Below the pieces are notes generated by a model that searched no databases, was not told the DNA's origin, and worked only from the letters and a program-made list of their open reading frames with translations. The translations under genes were made by a program, and so were the position numbers. Positions 8,447 to 17,166 of a DNA stretch of 64,000 bases are shown in pieces. The stretch spans positions 1,288,008 to 1,352,007 of the forward strand of contig JBFWNU010000001.1 in the NCBI GenBank assembly GCA_050250895.1, written 5' to 3'. The number at the start of each line of letters is the position of its first letter. Position 1 is the stretch's first letter. Source of the stretch: Vulcanimicrobiota bacterium (GTDB lineage Bacteria > Vulcanimicrobiota > Xenobia > Xenobiales > JADMJV01).

Positions 8447-8771
8447 AGGCGCCGATTAGCTGGGCGATGACCTGACCCCACTGTTCGACCACCGAAGGAA
8501 GAGCTCGCCGAACCTCGGCGAGCTCGTCTTCTGTGTTGGCGTTTTCCAGGTTCGAGAGCAGGCTCTCGAGTTGTTGCGTGCTGGCCAGATAGGTGGCCAA
8601 CATGCCGCGGTCCGGGCAGTGCTCGACAAAAATCTCGACGAGTTCGACCCAGTCGCTGACGGCCGCCACCAGGGCGGCTCCGATCTCTTCGGTTCGCTCG
8701 CTTTGAGCTCGGCTGGCCAATTGGTCCATGCGGACGCTCGCCTGATGGAGCTTGGCCAGGATCTCTTCCAT
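8418..8771 (-). CDS. Hypothetical helical protein
   Basis: 117-aa ORF whose ATG overlaps the stop of cbs (TGATG). Confidence 0.6.
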   Translation of the reverse strand: MEEILAKLHQASVRMDQLASRAQSERTEEIGAALVAAVSDWVELVEIFVEHCPDRGMLATYLASTQQLESLLSNLENANTEDELAEVRRALPSVVEQWGQVIAQLIGASMASLTESE

Positions 8772-10150
8772 CAGTTCTTGGAGTGAACCGCTACGTTCTG
8801 CCGACTGAAGTGGTCGATGAGGTCGATCTTGGTGACGATGCCGCAGGGGTTGGCCTGCTCGTCGAGCACTAACACCGCCGGGCGACCTTCCAGCAATAGC
8901 TGATAGACCGAGGCCACCTTGGTCTCGGCCGAGATGGTGGGCAGCGCCTCGCTCATCAGTTCGCGCACTTGCTTTTGCAGCGAGCCGCTGTCTTCGAAGA
9001 TGCGGTTCATCAGCACGGTTTCTTGCAGCGAGCCGACCATGTGGCCGTCGTCCATCACCGGGAGCTGCGAGATGTTGTAGGTGCGCATCAGTTCGACCGC
9101 CCGGGGAACGGTGTCGTTGGCCTGGACGGTGACCACGCTCTTGGATTCGTCGCCCTTCTTGCCCAGTAGCTCGGACACCGAGATCGACGCGCTACGGGGA
9201 TCCCAGAAGCCGTTCTCTTTCATGTACTCGTCCGAGAAGAACTTGGACAAATAGTTGCGGCCGGTGTCGGGCAAAATTACGACCACAGTCTTGCTCTCGT
9301 CGAGGTGGCGAGCGTACTGCAGGGCGCCAAAGACGGCTGCTCCGCAGGAGCCGCCGCAGAGGATGCCCTCTTCGCGGGCCAGGGCACGGGCTGTCACGAA
9401 GGAGTCGCGGTCGGAGACCATCACCATTTCGTCGACGATATCCAGGTCCATGGTTTCGGGAATGAAATCCTCGCCGATGCCCTCTACCTTATAGGGACGG
9501 ATTTTATCGCTGGTATAGAGCGAGCCCTCCGAGTCGACCCCAACGATGGTGATGTTGGGGTTCATCTTCTTGAGGTAGCGTCCGCAGCCCGAAATCGTAC
9601 CCCCCGTGCCCATGCCGGCCACGAAGACATCGAGCTTGCCCTTGGTTTGCTCCCAGAGTTCGGGGCCGGTCCACTCGTAGTGGGTGTCCGGATTGACCGG
9701 GTTGGCGTACTGGTTGGGCTGGAAGGCGTTCGGGATCTCGCGCGAGAGACGCTCAGAGACCGAGTAGTACGACTCCGGCGATTCTTTCGGCACGGCCGTG
9801 GGGCAGATCACGACTTCGGCACCATAGGCTTTGAGCAGCCGAACCTTGTCGGCACTCATCTTGTCGGGCATCACGAAGACGCAGCGATAACCCTTGAGGG
9901 CGGCCGCCTGGGCCAATCCCACGCCGGTGTTGCCCGAAGTCGGCTCGATGATGGTGCCGCCCTTTTTTAGCTGGCCGGACCTTTCGGCCGCCTCGAGCAT
10001 CCTCAAGCCGATGCGGTCCTTGATGCTGCCGCCCGGGTTGAGAAATTCGGCCTTGACCAGGACCTTGGCGCGGACGCCGACGTTCACCCGGTTGAGTTGA
10101 ATAAGTGGCGTGTTGCCTACCAAAGACAGAATATTAGGGCTGTACTGCAT
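8771..10150 (-). CDS. cbs: Cystathionine beta-synthase with C-terminal CBS domains
   Basis: NPGGSIKDR PLP lysine motif, EPTSGNTG, GMGTGGT, EGIGEDF; CBS pair ISQLPV..GIVTKID. Confidence 0.9.
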   Translation of the reverse strand: MQYSPNILSLVGNTPLIQLNRVNVGVRAKVLVKAEFLNPGGSIKDRIGLRMLEAAERSGQLKKGGTIIEPTSGNTGVGLAQAAALKGYRCVFVMPDKMSADKVRLLKAYGAEVVICPTAVPKESPESYYSVSERLSREIPNAFQPNQYANPVNPDTHYEWTGPELWEQTKGKLDVFVAGMGTGGTISGCGRYLKKMNPNITIVGVDSEGSLYTSDKIRPYKVEGIGEDFIPETMDLDIVDEMVMVSDRDSFVTARALAREEGILCGGSCGAAVFGALQYARHLDESKTVVVILPDTGRNYLSKFFSDEYMKENGFWDPRSASISVSELLGKKGDESKSVVTVQANDTVPRAVELMRTYNISQLPVMDDGHMVGSLQETVLMNRIFEDSGSLQKQVRELMSEALPTISAETKVASVYQLLLEGRPAVLVLDEQANPCGIVTKIDLIDHFSRQNVAVHSKN

Positions 10151-10310
10151 GCGTTCACTTCCAAAGGAATCAGGGGTTTCGCGGCGCTGCTTCTGGTGGC
10201 GGCGAGCAATTCCTTCTCTCCCCATGCTTGTTCCCCAGTTTACACGCTCGCAACACTCCTTTAGAGGCCGCTCGGGATAATCATGGCGTTGTGGATTGGA
10301 GGACGCCTTT

Positions 10311-11594
10311 GTGACCCTATCGGTAAAGATACGCTGCCAGTTGTTTCGTCTGGCGGTGGTGGCGCTGGCCCTCCTGTTCTTCGTGAGCTTGACCAGAACG
10401 CCGGCTGGCGGGTTGTTGCCGTGGGGCTCTCCCTGGTGGGGACTTGCTTTCTTTCTTGGTCTGGCGGCTCTGGCCGAGCGGCGCCCTCTGTTGCTCCCTC
10501 GCTATGGTGCTATGAGCCTGGCTGGTCCGGCCGCTTTTGCGGTGATGATTCTCTACGGACCTCTAGCCACCGTCTGTCTGACCCTCACGGCCGGGCTGTC
10601 CCGCTTTCTGCGCGAGTCCCGAGAGCGCGAGCTCGAGGCGGCTTTTATGGCGTATTCTCTGGCCCAGGGCCTGCTCAGCTATGGATTGGGGGCCAGCCTG
10701 TTTGCCGAATACGGCCATCGGGCCGGCTGGCTATTGGCGGTGGTGAGCATGGCTGTGGCGGTAGTGGCCACTTTCCTGATTCAGAGTCAACTGGTGGCCG
10801 TCCATCAGTGGCTCGAGCAGGGTATGGTGGGTTTACGCAGTGGCCGGGTAAATTGGGAGCGTCTGCGGCTCTATCTGGTGGCGGTGGCTCCTCTGGGCGC
10901 TTTGCTAGCGGTCTCGATGATGATCAATCCGGCCGCTCTGGCCTTGACTCTGGCTCCACTGATAGTCACCTATCTCAGTATCAAGAACTACACCGATACC
11001 CTGCGTGAAGCGCGCGAGGTGGTCGAAAGTCTGGTCGAGGCGGTGGAACGGCGCGAGCCCCACATGGTGGGCCACGCTCGGCGGGTAGCTGACTATGCGG
11101 CCGACATTGCTCGCCAACTCGGCCTCAAAGAGCCGCAGGTGGCTCGGGTGGCCACCGCCGGTCGAATGCACGACCTGGGCAAGATTGGCATTGACGAGAG
11201 TATTCTGGCCAAGCGCGAGGCTCTCAGTCGGGAAGAGCTCGACCTGGTGCGATGTCATCCCGAAATTGGAGCTCAGGTGGCTGCCCGGTTGAGCCTGTCG
11301 CGGGAAGAGGCCGAGTTCATTCGCTATCACCACGAGTGGTATGACGGAGGTGGCTACCCGTATGGCCTCCGAGGTCAGGCCATTCCGCTGGGAGCCCGTA
11401 TTCTGGCCGTAGCCGAGGCTTTCGACACCATGATGACCAACACCGTTTATGCCTGCCAGCGCACGGCCACCGACGCTCTCGAGGCTCTGCGCGAGGGTCG
11501 GGGAACCCAGTTTGATCCCGAAGTTGTCGACGCGTTAACAGAAGCGTTGAACAAGCGGCGCAAGTTTTCATTACCATCAAGTACGTGCGCATAG
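10311..11594 (+). CDS. Multi-TM membrane protein with C-terminal HD-GYP domain
   Basis: Several TM helices, HDLGKIG, HHEWYDGGGYPYGL; GTG start after GGAGG. Confidence 0.85.
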   Translation: MTLSVKIRCQLFRLAVVALALLFFVSLTRTPAGGLLPWGSPWWGLAFFLGLAALAERRPLLLPRYGAMSLAGPAAFAVMILYGPLATVCLTLTAGLSRFLRESRERELEAAFMAYSLAQGLLSYGLGASLFAEYGHRAGWLLAVVSMAVAVVATFLIQSQLVAVHQWLEQGMVGLRSGRVNWERLRLYLVAVAPLGALLAVSMMINPAALALTLAPLIVTYLSIKNYTDTLREAREVVESLVEAVERREPHMVGHARRVADYAADIARQLGLKEPQVARVATAGRMHDLGKIGIDESILAKREALSREELDLVRCHPEIGAQVAARLSLSREEAEFIRYHHEWYDGGGYPYGLRGQAIPLGARILAVAEAFDTMMTNTVYACQRTATDALEALREGRGTQFDPEVVDALTEALNKRRKFSLPSSTCA

Positions 11595-11624
11595 CTTTTG
11601 CGCAGGTATGTGGAGGACTTAAAG

Positions 11625-11897
11625 ATGCTGATTTCCAACCATTGCGGGTTCCATATCGCCGGCCAGGCCCCCCGGGCCGCCAGCGGCGAGCCGCCCCGCC
11701 CCAAAGCTGATGAAGAAGAGCCCTTGATCATCGTCGACGACGACGACGATCAGGATGTGCCCCCCGCCGAAGAATCCGAGCCCTTTTACGAAGTCGAGGG
11801 GCCGGGTGCCGGTGGCGGTTATGTGACCGTGCCTCAGACCGACACGGTCGAGATCAGCCGGGCTGGACGGGAAGGCTCTAAGAAGGGTGAAAAGTAA
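11625..11897 (+). CDS. Small acidic hypothetical protein with DTVEIS motif
   Basis: GGAGG RBS, ATG 11625, fills the gap between the HD-GYP genes. Confidence 0.6.
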   Translation: MLISNHCGFHIAGQAPRAASGEPPRPKADEEEPLIIVDDDDDQDVPPAEESEPFYEVEGPGAGGGYVTVPQTDTVEISRAGREGSKKGEK

Positions 11898-13263
11898 CCG
11901 CTTAGAGCTGGCCTGGTCATGGCTGCTACTGGTCGGGTTCGTGACCGTGGGCGGGGCCGCCGCCCTTGGTGCCCGAGGCTTCTCGGGCTCCTGGCTGCTG
12001 GTAGCCGGTTTGGGTCTGCTGATATGGTTTGGCCTTTCGCGCGAGGTGCGTCTGAGCACCGACGAGATCCACGCCGTCTACACCCTGGACGACGTGCCCG
12101 TATTTGCGCTCATCTTTGTGGCCGGCTGGGCCCCTGCCACGTTGGTGGTGGGAGTGGTGCGCCTCGCCTTCGAGGCCTTTCGCGTGTTGCGGGGGTTGTG
12201 GCGTCACCCCGACCGGGTCACCAGCGAGAACGTTCGCTTTCATTTTGGTGATGTCGCTCTGGTGGTGCTGAGCACGGCCGCCGCCGGGTCCGTCTATGAC
12301 CGACTCGACCAGGGCGGGGCTCTGCTGGTGTCGGGGCTCAACCTGTTGGCCGTGGTAGCCTGCGCCCTCACCTGGTTTTTGCTGGCCTTTGCTCTCAATG
12401 CCGTGCACGTGGCCGTGCGGCGCGGCGAGTTGGAAGCCATTCCGCAGTTGTTTCGCGGCAACCTCAGCAGCGTTCGGTTTTCCGTGCTGATGCTCTTGCC
12501 GCTCGGGGTGCTGATGGCCATCTTCGCTCAGCAGGCCCCTGAAGCGGTGGTGTTGCTGGTGGTTCCGGTGGCCATGGTGCATAACGCCCTCGAGGCTCGC
12601 CGCAAGCTCATTCACGAGTCACGCAACACCATCCTGGCTCTGGCTCAGTATCTGGAAGAGCGCGACCCGTACACTCTGGGACACTCGCAACGAGTGGCCG
12701 GCTTTTCGGCCGCTGTGGCCGAGGTTCTCGGCCTGTCGATGTCTCAGGTGGCGCTGGTTCGGCGGGCTGGACTGATTCACGATCTAGGCAAGATCGACGT
12801 TCCTGATTCTATTCTGCGAAAGCCGGGTCACCTGACCGAGGACGAACGCACCATCATGCGGACCCACACCGATCGGGCCGTCGACCTGGGTCAGCGCCTG
12901 GTGGCTCTGCGCCGTGGTCTTCCGTTTGATCTGGCCGCCTATCATCATGAGTGTTACGACGGCACCGGTCACTTCGGCTTGCGGGCCGACGAGATCCCTT
13001 TGGCGTCCAGAATTCTGGCCGTGGCCGATACCTATGACGCCATGACCTCGGACCGCCCCTATCGTCGGGGAATGGCCGAGACCGACGCGCTGTTGCGCTT
13101 GCAGAAGGCGCGTGGCACGCAGTTGGACCCGGCTCTGGTGGACGCCTTTATGGTGGCCTACAACCGCGGGTCTATCGAAGCCGTGAAGGCCGAGTGGCGC
13201 TCGGCTCGCGCCCGGCGAGACGAGGTTGCGCGGGGCACTCCGATTGCGGCTTGTCAACCCTAG
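11887..13263 (+). CDS. Multi-TM membrane protein with C-terminal HD-GYP domain
   Basis: RDPYTLGHSQRV, HDLGKI, HHECYDGTG, VADTYDAMTSDRPYR. Confidence 0.85.
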   Translation: MKSNRLELAWSWLLLVGFVTVGGAAALGARGFSGSWLLVAGLGLLIWFGLSREVRLSTDEIHAVYTLDDVPVFALIFVAGWAPATLVVGVVRLAFEAFRVLRGLWRHPDRVTSENVRFHFGDVALVVLSTAAAGSVYDRLDQGGALLVSGLNLLAVVACALTWFLLAFALNAVHVAVRRGELEAIPQLFRGNLSSVRFSVLMLLPLGVLMAIFAQQAPEAVVLLVVPVAMVHNALEARRKLIHESRNTILALAQYLEERDPYTLGHSQRVAGFSAAVAEVLGLSMSQVALVRRAGLIHDLGKIDVPDSILRKPGHLTEDERTIMRTHTDRAVDLGQRLVALRRGLPFDLAAYHHECYDGTGHFGLRADEIPLASRILAVADTYDAMTSDRPYRRGMAETDALLRLQKARGTQLDPALVDAFMVAYNRGSIEAVKAEWRSARARRDEVARGTPIAACQP

Positions 13264-13279
13264 GGGACTGTGCTAGAAT
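13251..13279 (+). promoter_or_regulatory. Sigma70-type promoter for the tRNA-Arg locus
   Basis: TTGTCA-17 nt-TAGAAT with extended TG, 15 nt before the tRNA. Confidence 0.75.
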
Positions 13280-13294
13280 GCCCTTCGAAAGTAC

Positions 13295-13370
13295 GCGCCG
13301 GTAGCTCAACGGATAGAGTGTCGGCCTCCGGAGCCGAAGGTTACAGGTTCGAGTCCTGTTCGGCGCGCCA
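13295..13370 (+). tRNA. tRNA-Arg (anticodon CCG)
   Basis: Cloverleaf, anticodon arm TCGGC-CTCCGGA-GCCGA, GGTTCGAGTCC, 3' CCA. Confidence 0.95.
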
Positions 13371-13435
13371 GGTTTTAGACTTCCAGAGGAGGATGAGAAA
13401 ACAAAATAGATCCTACACCTGCAGAGCTGCATTGG

Positions 13436-13873
13436 ATGGGATTAGCGCTAGAGCAGGCTCACAAAGCTAGAGAGCTTGGTGAGGTCCCCGTCGGTGCCGT
13501 GGCGGTTCGCAACCAGACGCTCATCGCCACCGGACACAACCAGCGCCGCGACCATCAGGACCTGCTCGGTCACGCCGAGATGATCGTGATGCGTCGAGCC
13601 GCCCGCAAACTGGGCGATTGGCGGCTGGAAGGGGTGACCTTGTATGTGACTCTCGAGCCGTGTCCGATGTGCTCGGGAACAATGCTGCAGGCTCGCGTCG
13701 AGACGCTCTATTTCGGGGCTGACAATCGTCGCGAGGGTTGCGCCGGGTCGCTGGTAAATCTGGTCGATTATCCCGGGATGGCACATCAGATTCGCGTCTA
13801 TGGCGGTTTGATGGCTCAGCAGTGTGGACAAATACTGGAAGAATTTTTTCAACATAAACGGAGAGGTGGCTGA
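13436..13873 (+). CDS. tadA: tRNA adenosine(34) deaminase TadA (start uncertain)
   Basis: GEVPVGAV, HAE, LYVTLEPCPMC; locus with tRNA-Ser and SRP RNA. Confidence 0.9.
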   Translation: MGLALEQAHKARELGEVPVGAVAVRNQTLIATGHNQRRDHQDLLGHAEMIVMRRAARKLGDWRLEGVTLYVTLEPCPMCSGTMLQARVETLYFGADNRREGCAGSLVNLVDYPGMAHQIRVYGGLMAQQCGQILEEFFQHKRRGG

Positions 13874-13956
13874 GTCCGGTTGAAAGCGCTCGACTCGAAA
13901 TCGAGTAGGGGGGTTAATAGCTTCCCTCGGGGGTTCGAATCCCTCCCTCTCCGCCA
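13860..13956 (+). tRNA. tRNA-Ser (anticodon CGA)
   Basis: GGAGAGG..CCTCTCCGCCA acceptor, CTCGA-CTCGAAA-TCGAG arm, long variable arm. Confidence 0.95.
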
Positions 13957-13966
13957 TTCACTTTTA

Positions 13967-14063
13967 GGAGAGGTGGCTGAGTCTGGTTGAAGGCGCACGA
14001 TTGGAAATCGTGTAGGTGGGCGTTGAACCTGCCTCGAGGGTTCGAATCCCTCCCTCTCCGCCA
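13967..14063 (+). tRNA. tRNA-Ser (anticodon GGA)
   Basis: CACGA-TTGGAAA-TCGTG arm, long variable arm, 3' CCA. Confidence 0.95.
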
Positions 14064-14075
14064 GTTTTATTCTTT

Positions 14076-14342
14076 CCGGTGCTAGGTGGGGAGTTAGCGG
14101 TGCCCTGTAACCCGCAATCCGCTTTAGCGGGGCTGAATTCCCTCCGGAGGCGGACCTGAGTCGGTCTGCCCGAGCGGTCCTGTTGTTGAAATCTGGGCCC
14201 CGCTCAATCGGACGCCCGTGAACCCGGTCAGGCGCTGACGCGAGCAGCCGTAAGCGGGAGGTTTGATGTGAAGCGGGATAACCTGGATGGAGGCAGGGCT
14301 TTCGGTAACGTGGCTCTGGTGCGTCGATGGCGGGTGCACCGG
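14076..14342 (+). ncRNA. ffs: Large (Alu-domain) bacterial signal recognition particle RNA
   Basis: 5' GTGCTAGGTGGGGAGTTAGCGGTGCCCTGTAACCCGCAATCCGC resembles Bacillus scRNA; helix-8 TCAGG..AGCAGC; terminal CCGGTGC/GCACCGG pairing. Confidence 0.92.
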
Positions 14343-14486
14343 TTTATTTTTTAATGGGGGGCTACAGGCGAAAAAATGTTCGAAAGGGGTTGCTCTTCCT
14401 TCGTGGAATGGGCCGGCCCGATCGCCTGGCTGACATCAGCGGTCTGCTCTTGCAGCGCCAGAACAGATGGGGAAGGAAACAACTCC

Positions 14487-15455
14487 ATGAGCCCGGATGA
14501 AATCAAAAATAGACAGAGTCTCATCGTTAAGTTCGTCTATGGCGGACGCGGCGGACTCTCGTTCAAAGTTACTCCCATGATGGTGATTCTCGGCATCGTC
14601 CTGGCGGTCGGTGCCGTTCGCCTGACCGTCTATGGCTTGAGCCGCTATCAGGCTGACCAGCGCGCCCGAATCGCCGAACTCGAAGAGCAGAATCAGCGAC
14701 TCCAGTCTTTCATCGCCGAAAAAGAGCGCGAAAAGAATCAGATGGTGGCGCTGGCTGACGCCCGTTCGAAAGAACTCTGGAAAGAACTCGAGAGCCGTGA
14801 CCGGCAGTTGGAACAGCTGTGGGATCTGGTCGGCAGCAAGCCCGCCGTTTCCAGTCGCCGACGCTCGCTCGAGGGCTCCCGCGGGGGGCGACGCGACAGT
14901 TTGGCGGTGAAGTTGCGCTACCGCGAGCTGTATTCCGAACTCGACGACCGAGAAGGCGAGCTGCGCCAACTCGAGGTGGCCGCGGCTGGCTATCATCGCG
15001 AGCAGTTGCGCCAGGCCCGCCTGGCCCGTCTCAACTCCACCCCCTCGATATGGCCAAGCGAGGGTCGTTTCAGCTCTGGCTTCGGAAGTCGCTATCACCC
15101 CATCTATGGATATTCCAAGTTTCACAACGGGGTCGACATCACGGCTCCGTGGGGTACCCCGATTCGGGCCACCGCCGCTGGCAAAGTGGTGGCAGCCGAG
15201 TACCAGTCAGGCTACGGCAATGCTGTCGAAATCGAGCATACCAGGCGGCTCAAGACTCTCTATGGGCATTGCTCGAGTTTTGTGGTGAGTGAGGGTCAGA
15301 TGGTCCAGAAGGGCCAGATCATCGCCTATGTGGGCAGCACGGGTCTGTCAACGGGTCCTCATGTTCACTATGAGGTCTCGGTCGATGGCAAGCAAGTCGA
15401 TCCCGTCCCCTACATGGACAAGAAGGACCTGACCGCGTCGGCAGCCAACAACTAA
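14487..15455 (+). CDS. M23 family metallopeptidase with TM anchor and coiled coil
   Basis: HNGVD, GYGN, YGH, STGPHVHYEV. Confidence 0.9.
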   Translation: MSPDEIKNRQSLIVKFVYGGRGGLSFKVTPMMVILGIVLAVGAVRLTVYGLSRYQADQRARIAELEEQNQRLQSFIAEKEREKNQMVALADARSKELWKELESRDRQLEQLWDLVGSKPAVSSRRRSLEGSRGGRRDSLAVKLRYRELYSELDDREGELRQLEVAAAGYHREQLRQARLARLNSTPSIWPSEGRFSSGFGSRYHPIYGYSKFHNGVDITAPWGTPIRATAAGKVVAAEYQSGYGNAVEIEHTRRLKTLYGHCSSFVVSEGQMVQKGQIIAYVGSTGLSTGPHVHYEVSVDGKQVDPVPYMDKKDLTASAANN

Positions 15456-15495
15456 GCAAGCGGCCGACCGCCCACCATCTGGGGAGATTCGCAGG

Positions 15496-16263
15496 GTGAA
15501 ACTTCTCCCACCGCTAACTGACGAAGACAAGATGCTCTCCGGGCTGTGCTACCCTCTCTGGCCCATTGCTCCTGCATTTATCCTGTGGAGCCCCAAGAAA
15601 GACGACCCGTTCCTGGTTTACCACGCCTACCAGGGACTCGGTTTCGGAGGCTTTGCCTCGGCTGCTACGGTGGTGGTCTTCGTGGTTCTGAGCTTGATGT
15701 TCCGTCTGTTGCCCGGCGGTTCGGTGCTGGTGCCGGGAATGCTCGGTATCCTCACCTTCGGCACCGGACTTCTGGCTTTTCTCGGGGTCTTTCTGGTGGC
15801 TCTCTTTCTGGGCTGGCGCGCGAGTGCCGGAGACATGTTCGGACTCCCGCTGGTGGGCGAGTGGGCCGAAGAGCGCATGGTGATGGCCAGCGGCAAGACC
15901 CGGCAAGAATTTCTCCAGGCGCTAGCAGAGCCCGAGGTCGATCGAACCCAGGTGGATGAGAAGCCCGAGCCCTACGATTCTTCGCTGGAGCGTCGCCCCT
16001 GGGAGGGGTTTCAGGCCGGACCAACGGTCGCCGAGCCTCTTTCTCAGGCTGCCCCGGTCCCGGTCGAGCCCCCTCGACCTCGTCATGACAGCGGCAGTTT
16101 TGGCGGGCGCAGCTTGAGCCCCAGTCAGCCCAGGCCCATCGCCACTCCGCCCAGTACGCCCGTGGATCCAGCTACGGTTCGAGCCTATCGGGCGCGGGGC
16201 GAACGCCCGCCCGACGAGAACAACCTCTTGCGTCAATGGCTGACGTCGACCGACGACGACTGA
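15496..16263 (+). CDS. DUF4870-like membrane protein with Pro-rich tail
   Basis: LSGLCYP..DPFLVYHAYQGL..FGLPLVG pattern. Confidence 0.55.
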   Translation: MKLLPPLTDEDKMLSGLCYPLWPIAPAFILWSPKKDDPFLVYHAYQGLGFGGFASAATVVVFVVLSLMFRLLPGGSVLVPGMLGILTFGTGLLAFLGVFLVALFLGWRASAGDMFGLPLVGEWAEERMVMASGKTRQEFLQALAEPEVDRTQVDEKPEPYDSSLERRPWEGFQAGPTVAEPLSQAAPVPVEPPRPRHDSGSFGGRSLSPSQPRPIATPPSTPVDPATVRAYRARGERPPDENNLLRQWLTSTDDD

Positions 16264-17162
16264 ATTCGTCGAGGAGTCTCGTCTTTTAGCTTGCGATCGG
16301 CGAAGTAGCATTTGGCCAGGCGCTCGCCGAGGGTGAACTGAAGATGCCTGGTGTCGAGGCGTTCCACCGGCAAGCTGGTGCTTAACATCGTCAGGTCGAG
16401 CATCGTGGCCCGCAGGCTAGACGGCAGCACGTCTCCGACTGCAAGCTCCCAGAACGCTTCCCACACGCGGCGCTTGAGTAGAGAGCGCAGGCGTCCGCGC
16501 CAGTGGTGGTATTCAGCCCCACTGAGATCGGGAAACTGCGCTTGCATGTCCCGTTGGGTCAGCCAGGGCTCGCGAGACAGGCAACGTAGAATTCGGCTCG
16601 TTCGCTCGCTCTCGCGCTCGCGCCGACAACCCGGGCACACGTCGTGGTGGGCTTCGCGGAAGCGCCCGCAAAGAGGGCAGGGCAAGCGGCCCCTGGCGAC
16701 CTCGAGCTTCTCGCGCCGCGACTGAGCGATCATGACCTTCTCGAGTTTTTCTCGCAGGGCCGGATCGTTCAGCCCGGCGGCCACGGCTTTGATCTCGGCC
16801 AGTCGGGCCGGCTCGAGTGTGACCCTCTCGAGGTTGGGCGAGGGCGGCTTGTCCTGGACCAGGCTCTTGGTCCGCTCGACCGAGCCCACCCGGCAGCGCA
16901 GGTCGCGCAAGGGGTTTTGACCGAGCTCTTTGGCCAGCCGCTCGAGGATGTCGCGCTGGCGCAGTTGCAACTCTTGAGCCCAGGCGGCCGCACTAACCCG
17001 CACGTAGAGGGTCGAGCCTTTGATGACCAGCGGTTGGCTCTGGCGAGCCAGCAACTCGCCTACCACCTTGGGCCAGGCCTGGTGGATGCGTTGTCCTCGA
17101 ATACCTTTAGCGGCGTTGAGGTCCTTGACGGTGCCCGATAGGAATCGCGACAGCTTCTCCAT
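16233..17162 (-). CDS. DciA/DUF721-family protein with zinc-finger extension
   Basis: WPKVVG..LYVRVSAAAWAQEL; CPLC..CPGC; directly downstream of recF. Confidence 0.8.
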   Translation of the reverse strand: MEKLSRFLSGTVKDLNAAKGIRGQRIHQAWPKVVGELLARQSQPLVIKGSTLYVRVSAAAWAQELQLRQRDILERLAKELGQNPLRDLRCRVGSVERTKSLVQDKPPSPNLERVTLEPARLAEIKAVAAGLNDPALREKLEKVMIAQSRREKLEVARGRLPCPLCGRFREAHHDVCPGCRRERESERTSRILRCLSREPWLTQRDMQAQFPDLSGAEYHHWRGRLRSLLKRRVWEAFWELAVGDVLPSSLRATMLDLTMLSTSLPVERLDTRHLQFTLGERLAKCYFADRKLKDETPRRIQSSSVDVSH

Positions 17163-17166
17163 GGGT

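Noticed and set aside
13860-14063. tRNA-Ser duplication as an integration (att) site
   Set aside because: Both tRNAs are complete with different anticodons; no integrase or partial tRNA copy elsewhere in the window
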